From Neolecta irregularis DAH-3 (Eukaryota), in the NCBI GenBank assembly GCA_001929475.1, contig LXFE01000935.1:1-37896 (forward strand): DNA of 37,896 nt, written 5' to 3'. Within the stretch, counting starts at the first letter, position 1. Each line of letters begins with the position of its first letter. The notes beneath the pieces are model-generated. The model was not told the DNA's origin and made no database searches. It saw only the letters and a program-made list of their open reading frames with translations. A program made the translations under genes and the position numbers. This document shows, piece after piece, positions 25,684 to 36,059 of the stretch.

Positions 25684-28600
25684 ATGCCTACAGACATCCG
25701 TAATTATTTTGGGAACAAATCATCACCGCCAAAGAGTATACTATCGGGCACGAAAAATGCCAATACTCCAAAAGTCTCAAAGGAGGATTCAAAAACAAAG
25801 AAAGCAAAAAAGAGAATCATTGGTATTCTTTTGTCCGCATGCAGTATCTCATAAGGGTATAGTGTCCGATGATGATGACGAAGCAGATGATGTTCCTAAA
25901 GTGTACGCTACCAATCTTCGAAATATAGCTTAATAGACAGAGAGAGAGGGTTCAGCGATAAATCCCCTTCCAGGTATCTTGTAATTACATTGGTTTGCCT
26001 AAGAAAGCGAGGAAACAAGCAAAAAAAGAATCAGAATTCGAACCTACAGATGTACCCTCTTATTTCGCCTCATCCAATAAAGTCAATCGGACCGCTCCCT
26101 TGAAAAAGGCAATACCCAAGCTTCCAAAGAAGCCCAAAATTGTGGATGAAGACCATTTTATTGTTCCTGATGATTTCGATGACGATATGTCCATTGACAA
26201 CGATATTGCAACGAAAGATGAACAGGTTGCTACAACTAAATCAAATTCCAGAAAACGCAAAGCCACTGAATCGCCAGTTATTGACTTGGACAATGAGGAA
26301 AAAGCTGTTCAACCAAAAAGCGTTGCGAAGAAAACCTCCCCGAAGAAGTCCACCTCTCGTGTGAAGAAACCTCGAGTTTCTAACGAACAACATGATGATG
26401 ATCCTGATTCTGCGAAAATTAAGGCTATTCTCGATGATATCCCGACAGTTCAAGCTCCCCCACCTCCGGATTCAAAAGAATAGGTGTCACTGTGGAAATC
26501 AAGCTGATGGTCAAGGGTTTCAATTATCGCGATTTTGCCTCAAGGGGTGGACCTGCTGCTCAAGGTTCAAAGGAAATTCCTGTCGGTGCTGAAAATTGTC
26601 TTTCTGTATGAAGTCTTCCTCTATTTCGCTTACGTTAGGGGCTAAGTTTCGTCTTGACCGGTGTGCTGGAAACTATCGCACGGGATGATGCTTCTGATCT
26701 GATTAAACGTCATGGAGGGTACAAAGAACGTCGCTGAAATTCATGTTAACAAATCCAGAAAAGTGATGTCTGCACCATCGAGTAAAACAGATTTTGTCGT
26801 TCTTGGTTCCGAAGCAGGTCCGAAGAAACTCGAGACAATAGCCAAACATTGCCTTCGCACAATTGACGAAGATGGTCTTTTCCAACTTATTGGACGCCTA
26901 CCTGCGAATGGTGGCTCTGGAAAACAAGCCCAATTAGCGGCTGCAAAACGAGAAGCAGAAGACAAGAAAGCGAAAGAAATGGCGGAGGAGATGAAACCAA
27001 AAACGGATGCTGCAAAGATATTGGCTAAAAGTCAGCTGTGGACAGACAAATATGCACCGAGTAGTTTGAAAGATATCTGTGGGAACAAAGGCTTGGTTGA
27101 GAAGCTACAAAGATGGCTTCGGGATTGGTAAGTTTTATCGTCAACAAGGGCTTATAACCGCAGGCCAAAATATATCAATGCGAATTTCAAAAAGCCTGGT
27201 CCCGATGGGTCTGGTCTATATCGTGCTGTTTTGGTTAGCGGTCCACCGGGAATTGGAAAGACTACTGCTTGCCATCTTGTTGCCAAACTTGAAGGCTATG
27301 ATATTTTGGAATTCAATGCCAGTGATACTCGAAGCAAGAGGCTTATGGATGTCAGTTGAGATTTTCGTATTTGTACTGATCGTGCAGGAACAACTGCGGG
27401 GAGTTACTGATAACACTTCGTTGAATGGATACTTTGCTGCTGATGCACGGTGTTTTATCTCACCCAGCTACTAATTCTACAGGGTAAAAAAGTTGATCCG
27501 ACCAAACTAAAACTCGTAATCATTATGGATGAAGTAGATGGTATGTCTGGAGGAGACCGCGGTGGTGTCGGGCAGTTGAATGTTGTGATTAAACATACTA
27601 AGGTACGAGTTTCATTGGCAGAGCTTATTTGTAGATTCCCGTCATTTGCATTTGCAATGACAGAAAGCATCAGAAGTTGAAGCCTTTAGATAGGACTACC
27701 TTGGATATACCATTTAAACGACCGACTGCACAAGACATGAGATCCCGGCTAATGTCGATCGCCTACAGGGAACAGCTCAAGCTTGAACCTCAAGCAATTG
27801 ATCAACTCGTCGCTGGTACACATAACGATATCCGCCAAATCATCAATCTTTTATCAACTTATCGATTGAGCAATTCATCAATGACTATGGATCAAGGGAA
27901 AGTAACGTAGGTCTCAATCTTCTCATAAACTACTAATAAAAGATCACGAAATGCTCAAAAACACATCATTTTAAAGCCTTGGGACATTGTTGGCAAATTT
28001 CTTAGTGGTGGTATTTTTCATTCAACCAACAAAATCACATTGAATGAGAAAATCGAACTTTATTTTAATGACCATGAGTTTTCCTATCTTATGGTCCAGG
28101 AGAACTATCTCAAAACAAATCCAGATCTGGCTCGGAGAGTCACTGGTCCTCCCAAAGAAGTCAATATGAAGAAGCTTGAGCTCGCTGAAAAAGCTGCTGA
28201 ATCTATTTCGGACGCAGATCTAGTGGATGCAATGATCCATGGGTGACGCCGACAAATACAGGATACGAACTGATCCTTAGGCCTCAGCAGCATTGGTCGC
28301 TTATGCCTGTTCATGGAGTATTTTCTTGCGTTCGGCCTTGTTCATTTGTCCATGGGGCGGGTGTTGGTGGACAATATTCCTTTACAAGCTGGCTAGGAAA
28401 TAATTCGAAGCAAGGCAAGACAATGAGACTTTTGCGCGAGATTCAATCTCATATGCGGCTAAAGACATCTGGTGACAAAAACGAAATTCGGCAATCATAC
28501 CTTCCACTCTTGTTTAATCGACTTTCCTGCCCATTGATTGACGAGGGTGTAGAAGCTGTGCCAGATATTATCGAGACTATGGATGAATATTTCTTGACAA

Positions 28601-29018
28601 AAGAAGATTGGGACTCGATTATGGAATTGGGCATTGGCCTACAAAGCGGGGAACAAGTTTTGAAGCGAATAAGCACTGCCACGAAGTCTGCTTTTACAAG
28701 AAAGTCCGTCCCAGAAATACCAACTGCTGATGAAATAGATATAATCAAGCTAACCATCCAATTCCCTTCATGAAAGCTAGCACAGTCATGCCAACCAAAG
28801 CTGGGGCCATCCGTGATGTTCCCGACCTGGAAGATGCAGTCGAAGCCAGCGATGTCGACGCTATATTAGTAGATGAGAACCTTGATGACAACGACGATGA
28901 TGATATCTCAAAAGACAAAATGGTCAAATCTAAAGCCTTGAAGCCGAGAAAGACTGCTTCTGCCAAGGCTACCACTAAAAAGTCAAAGGCCAAGGCGAAG
29001 GCAAATAGTGTCAAGTAA
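25684..29018 (+). CDS. RFC1: Replication factor C large subunit (13 introns)
   Basis: [10 protein letters not shown] start; BRCT domain ([17 protein letters not shown]); LWTDKYAP; Walker [31 protein letters not shown]1 C-terminal domain with WLGNNSK. Confidence 0.97.
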
Positions 29019-29195
29019 TGGGAGATAATTTTGTGTACTATAAACGATCTTGCATTCTTAAGGAATTTGCCCCGAATCTATACCGCAGAATATCATGGTT
29101 TTTTTTGGTTCAAGTATCGTCTGTTTAGATTCGATTGTCACATTTGTTTCGGTTAAGCTTAAAACCTGCTTTGTACCAAAAGGAAATTTGTTCAA

Positions 29196-30673
29196 CTATA
29201 ACTTCCATCCATGAGTCTTTGCCAACGCAATCTGCTGTCTGACAGCCAACTCCGTGAGTATTTCTTCACTACCTGCACCAACAACCATCACTCTCAAGTC
29301 ACGACTGATCTGCTCTACTCGAGCACCCTTGCCCCCTCTAGAGAATCCCTGTCCTCCGAAAACCTGTTGAGCTTCACGACAAGCGAATTCCAAGTTTCGA
29401 CCAGCTTGAACCTTGACTAGTGCGATTTGTCCAGCAAGGATTTTGTCGATAGTCTCTTTTGTGTTCATTTTAATGCTATAACCCAACTGTTCGATCCAAG
29501 CATGGGTTGATTCTATATGACGGGCTATGTTTCCGAATTTTTCTCGAATAACAGGCTGTTCAAGCAATGGTTTTCCAAAGGTATTACGTTCAGAGGCTGT
29601 ATAATTAACGAGGCCGAAAGCAAGACAAAGAACCATAATTAATAGCATCTTCAAGACAGACCCTCGCCATTCGATTTGCGGTAACAGCCATGAGTAGCCG
29701 TTCATGGTTGAAATCTACATTAGAAAATATAAAAGAGGAGGACATACTACTCATAATAATAGTAAAACCATCATTCTCTTTTCCCAGGAGATATCGAGCA
29801 GGAACTTTGACATCGTCAAAGTTGATGTAAGTGCTTCCACTGGCAGCTACTCCAGAATTATACATCTTTCTCATCCGGACCCCAGGGAGGTTTAATGGAA
29901 TAACCAAGGCGGAGATTCCTCGTCTTCCAGGGCCGCCCGTTCGAACAGCAGTTGTAGCATAATCAGAGAATATGGCATTTGTAATCCATTTTTTGGCTCC
30001 ATTAACAATGTAGTGGTCACCTTTTCGAATGGCAGTAGTTAAGAGGCCTGCAACGTCTGATCCGGCATCTGGCTCTGTTACCGCGAGACATATCTTTTTA
30101 TCTCCTTTGAGAATTGGGTATATAAGCTCATCTTTTATTGATTGAGAACCATAATTTATGACTGGTGGAAGTCCTGGATAATTAGGCAATCATAGAAACG
30201 GCTTTAAAAACCGATAGATCCGCCCATTCCAAACGCCCACATCACTCCCAAGTATCCAATTCGAGACATTTCATCAGCGCAAATGATGTCATGGAATGGA
30301 TCCCAATCTATTCCAATGAGCTGTTATTTTGTTGATAACATCAGCACCTTTTGGCTCGACATTTCCAGGAAGTTTGATGCTGCCGAGATACTGGTGAGGC
30401 ATTGGCCAGATTGAACAAGGAACTACGCCCCTTGCCGCATGACGCTTATAGACCTGATGATAAATAAACACAAGATGCAAAAAACAGTAGTACATCGTCC
30501 GGCAGTTTTCCCGCCATCTCCCATTCTTCGACGTGGGGTCGGAGTTCCTCATCGACATATTTACGCAAAACATTTCGAAGGCGGATATGAGACTCGCTAT
30601 AGTAGGGGCTTTGGCCGGAGTACCAGGCTGGATCTGCCCATGGAGTGGATTCGCCAAAGATCTGACTAGCCAT
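29196..30673 (-). CDS. Acyl-CoA dehydrogenase family protein (5 introns)
   Basis: PWADPAWY..SPYY; ICLAVTEPDAGSDVAG; YIVNGAKKWITN; FNHERL; RNTFGKPLLEQPVIR; AQQVFGGQG; VGAGSEEIL. Confidence 0.95.
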
Positions 30674-30797
30674 TTGTTGAAGTTAGTGCGGGGGAAAGAG
30701 GAGCTAACCATGTCCGAGTCACGCGGGACCTCCTTCTGATTGGACAATTTGGTCTTGGTTCGCGCTAAAACGAAAACCATTTGACTGGGAATGGGAG

Positions 30798-30935
30798 TGT
30801 AAGAACTAATTTTCTTACCAGACACGTGGTAGATGTTATCGGATTGGCAGGTATATAAACTAGTAGGCTTACGCGTACCTAACTGTAGGGACTCAATAGT
30901 ACCCTATTGTAAGAACTAATGTTCTTACCAGACAC
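30798..30935. repeat. Two 28-bp direct repeats 110 bp apart, each with a dyad core
   Basis: TGTAAGAACTAAT(T/G)TTCTTACCAGACAC at 30798 and 30908. Confidence 0.85.
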
Positions 30936-32222
30936 ATGAGTTGTCAATTACTTAGGTTAGGTATGCCTGTAAATATGACGTACAATCACTTCGGTTAGAA
31001 TATACCGGGTCTTATTCGTACTTTGGCGATCACTTACAGAGTGATTAATTCAGAATAATCAAAGACACGGCGACTTAGCGGGAGGATCTTATCTACACCA
31101 GCTGGAATAAAAGCTAGTGTGATCCTGAGCTATGAAGACGTGCCTACTGGTCTCTGATGATCAATATGACGTATTGCATTCTGAAATGTAACATCGGCAA
31201 GACCATCTGACTTTCTACGTTGTCCTGTCTGGCGACCGATCCGTGAATTTCGTCTTATGACTCAGCTGTTGCTGAGATAAATGTCAAACCTATCCAACAG
31301 TGTCCCAGAGCGGTTTCAATTCTAGCTCAAAGCAATAATTCAAACATCAATGGTCTCTATCTTCCCTACTGACGCCGCCCATAATATATCAACTCTCTAT
31401 TCCGCAGAGAAAGCAGGAGATTATGTGATTCAACAATTGGTCAAATCATTTATGCCGGGGACTACAAGGGATATCTCAAGGGTCACTTTTAGAGAGTCGG
31501 AGAAGGACCACATTCACCCCTATACTTCTCCGTCAAAAGTGATGGGAATCACGATAAAGGATGGGTCAAGGGAAGAAATGATGTCTTCAACTTTGGCGAA
31601 TTGATATGGGGAGGAACTCAAAAGATCGCTGCAATCAATTTGACAAGGAGGGGATGTGAATAACAATTTTCACTGGTTCAATTCAAAAAGGTCACAGAGA
31701 AAATGATTAAATATACCATGCTGGATAACACCATCCTTGCGTTGTGAATGGTGAAGATACTTTTGGAAGAGATGTATACTTATACGCAAATCGTACAGCA
31801 TTATCCGAATGGCCATCAATTTATTCTTTGAAATGAATGGCCGGTGTGAACATTGATAATCGTACCGATAACAGTGAACCCGGTATCGGAAACAATGAAC
31901 GGCATTACCGTTGCAGTCAGCAGCGTAGCAGCACTGAAGCCCTTGGACGAGTTTCATTATCCACTGAATACTCTATCTTTACCAGATCCCTGTGTAGAGA
32001 TGAAATTTCTATCGAGATAACATTTCGAGGGTTTGCACAGCTTACAGAGGATGAAGAGATTCTTTAAAGTAGTATTCAGAGAGAAATGCAATATGGATTA
32101 CAAATCGTTGTTATTCCTGGTTCACACGGCGGTGACGGTGGTGAACAATTTTTTTCGATCGTCTTCCACCTTTTACCGTTTGTATTTTCTTCCACCTTTA
32201 CAACATTCTTCTAGAAGCCAGT

Positions 32223-32964
32223 ATGCTCAGGACTGTTTCTAGGATACGCTTTGCTGCATGTCGATCAACCCCAACATACTTCCGACCTCTTCTCGTCTTA
32301 CGGCCAAACCCCTACTCGACAGAAGCACCCAAACCTGCAGAACCTTTAAAATCGACAGAGGAACTACAGGAGAAGAGGAAAGAAAAGCCCAAGGTAGAAT
32401 CTTCTGGAAAGGCGGAGATTACCGAGGCTGAGTCAAAGGCCAAAGAGATTGCCGAGTTGAAGGTGACTACTATTTAAAAACATAATTCACTGGTCAGGAT
32501 AAATACCTTCGCTCAAAGGCCGATTATCAAAATCTCCAGTACAGAACCGTACGTGAAGTAGCAGCAGCAAAAGACTATGCCATTCAAAAATTTGCCAAAG
32601 ACTTGATTGAGACAGTAGACAATTTTGAACGAGCCTTGAAGACAATCGCACCTGAACACCAGACTGACAGCGCACGAAATAAAGAAGTCGTCGATTTATT
32701 CAATGGCGTAAAAATGACTGAAGAAATAATGATGAAAACTCTTGCGAAACATGGATTGACGAGATATGATGGAATTGGCGAAATATTCGATCCGAATGTT
32801 CATGAGGGTATTTTCTCAAGTCCTGCACCGGATAAAATACCTGGAACCGTGTTTCATTGTGAACAAATGGGATTCATGTTGAATGGACGGGTGATGAGGC
32901 CTGCCAAGGTATGTTGTCACTAGAGCACAATATTGACTGCAAGGTTGGTATCGTAAAGGCCTAA
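32223..32964 (+). CDS. MGE1: Mitochondrial GrpE nucleotide exchange factor (2 introns)
   Basis: Presequence MLRTVSRIR; DKYLRSKADYQNL; YAIQKFAKDLIETVDNFERAL; FDPNVHE; GFMLNGRVMRPAKVGIVKA*. Confidence 0.97.
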
Positions 32965-33181
32965 ATGCACCCTCTTCTTTTTTATTTTGGCATGTTAAAA
33001 CGGTCTCCTCTCAGAATATTGCATTTGGATGATGATTAGATATTTGTATCCTAGATAATTATGTAAACCGATCAACGCAATTCGACAACGTTGCACATCA
33101 TTTCGAACCAGGTTGAAGTGAGTTAACTGGTTGTGTTGCATTTGTTTATTGATTACATATTGTATCAGATAATTATACCGA

Positions 33182-34564
<1,383 letters not shown>

Positions 34565-34609
34565 CAAAGTTTTTGCGCCAGATACGACAACCCTCCGATT
34601 GTCACTCTG
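34565..34609. promoter_or_regulatory. 45-bp divergent spacer between the MSF1 and MRPL16 start codons (putative bidirectional promoter region)
   Basis: ATG on - at 34564 and ATG on + at 34610. Both begin plausible mitochondrial presequences. Confidence 0.55.
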
Positions 34610-35284
34610 ATGCGACATTTCAGTTTGATATTTTCTCGGCCGCGCTTTGAGAGAATATCTCACTGTCGGAGTTCACATCAATATGGTTCTACGATTACAG
34701 ATCATTCTTACTTTAGCTCCCAAAACAGTGGTTCACAGACGAGCTCAAAAGGGTCGGATACCCGTACCAAGCGGCGGCAGCACCAAAGGAATGACCTTGG
34801 AACACGGAGATTTTGGGTTGAGGTTAATCGATGAAGGCCGCAGGATATCTGCGAAGCAATTCCAAGTATATCAAATTGAAACGAGAACCGACTGTAGGTC
34901 GCCGAGGCTACGATTAAACGGGTTATCAAAGTCAATAGAGAAGCGAAATGTTATTTGCGGGTAGCCACGCATCTCGCTGTATGCACAAAGGGAAACGAGG
35001 TACGCGTATCATTTGCTATATGGTGACACAATAGAGTCGAATGGGTAAAGGGAAAGGGGGATTTGACCACTGGGCAGCTCGGTTTGGCAGCTCGGTATGT
35101 ATCTAACAATAGAGTGTCACACGGTAAAATCACCTTTGAAATTGGTATGTATTCGTGCGTTTGCATTTAACGTGTAGGCGGTGGAGATATTCGTGAGGAA
35201 ATTGCAAGAGACGCTTTACGTCAAGCAGGGGCAAAATTGCCTGGAAGACATCAATTTGTCAAGCGACAAGTACCTAAATTATAA
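34610..35284 (+). CDS. MRPL16: Mitochondrial ribosomal protein uL16m (5 introns of 31-35 nt)
   Basis: Spliced: HQYAPKTVVHRRAQKGRIPVPSGGSTKG...[25 protein letters not shown]...EEIARDALRQAGAKLPG. Confidence 0.95.
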
Positions 35285-35296
35285 TAACTGTAATGC

Positions 35297-35576
35297 ACAC
35301 TTTAAGTCAAACGGGTGTAACTAATATTCTGACACTTTACGAAAACGGGTGTAACTAATATTCTGAAACTTTACGTCAAACGGGTGTAACTAATATTCTG
35401 ACACTTTACGTCAACGGGTGTAACTAAATTCTGACACTTTACGTCAACGGGTGTAACTAATATTCTAACGTTTTACGTCAAACAGGTGCAAATTTAGTAC
35501 TGTTATTCAGTTAAATACATTTTACGTCAAGCAGGTGCAAATTGCCAATGTCAAGCGAAAGTAGCTAACTATAATA
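35297..35576. repeat. 33-35 bp minisatellite (5 close copies plus 2 divergent ones) related to the MRPL16 last exon
   Basis: ACACTTTACGTCAAACGGGTGTAACTAATATTCTG units at 35297, 35332, 35366, 35401 and 35434. Distal copies (35468, 35517) resemble the exon sequence GCTTTACGTCAAGCAGGGGCAAAATTGCC. Confidence 0.9.
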
Positions 35577-35710
35577 TACTATTCAGTTTATATAGAATGA
35601 CAGACACAGACAGACACTTACTCACTTATTACAACAGACACTTTACTAATTACACACTATCGCGTTCAAACTGGGATACTTGGGAAAGTATACTTGGGAG
35701 CGGTTCGGTG

Positions 35711-35830
35711 ACGGTAGCACGAGGGAGGACGGAGGGTTTATAACGGAGCACGAGGGAGGACGGAGGGTTTATAACGGAGCACGAGGGGGCGGAGGGTTTA
35801 TAACGGAGCACGAGGGGGCGGAGGGTTAAC
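35711..35830. repeat. G-rich 30-31 bp minisatellite (~4 copies)
   Basis: ACGGAGCACGAGGG(AGGA/GGG)CGGAGGGTTTATA repeated. Confidence 0.92.
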
Positions 35831-35845
35831 GAGAACTGAGTTGTC

Positions 35846-35922
35846 ACGTTAGGCGTGATATTCGTGAGGAAATAGGACGCTTGTCAAGCATGCAAATTGC
35901 CGAGACAAAATATACAGTAATT
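35846..35922 (+). pseudogene. Deletion-eroded copy of the MRPL16 last exon, including its splice acceptor
   Basis: ACGTTAGGCGTGATATTCGTGAGGAAATAGGACGCTTGTCAAGCATGCAAATTGCCGAGACA aligns by eye with ~35170-35250, almost entirely through small deletions. Confidence 0.8.
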
Positions 35923-36059
35923 CGGCTTAGACACTCGACAACATTACATGCATCGCAACGGGATACATAGAGGATCAGGTGCGTGGGACGAGGTTAAAAG
36001 CACGTTTGCAAAAAGTCCGCACACAACCTTTAACCGCCAAAAGCCGCAAAGCCGCCGAT

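Noticed and set aside
35297-35467. 35-bp repeats as CRISPR direct repeats
   Set aside because: Head-to-tail units without spacers, traceable to the MRPL16 exon.
35650-35847. 65-aa repeat peptide ORF, or telomeric repeat (GAGGGTTTA)
   Set aside because: The frame shifts between units and starts at a non-ATG codon. The units are 30-31 bp, internal, and not tandem TTAGGG-type.
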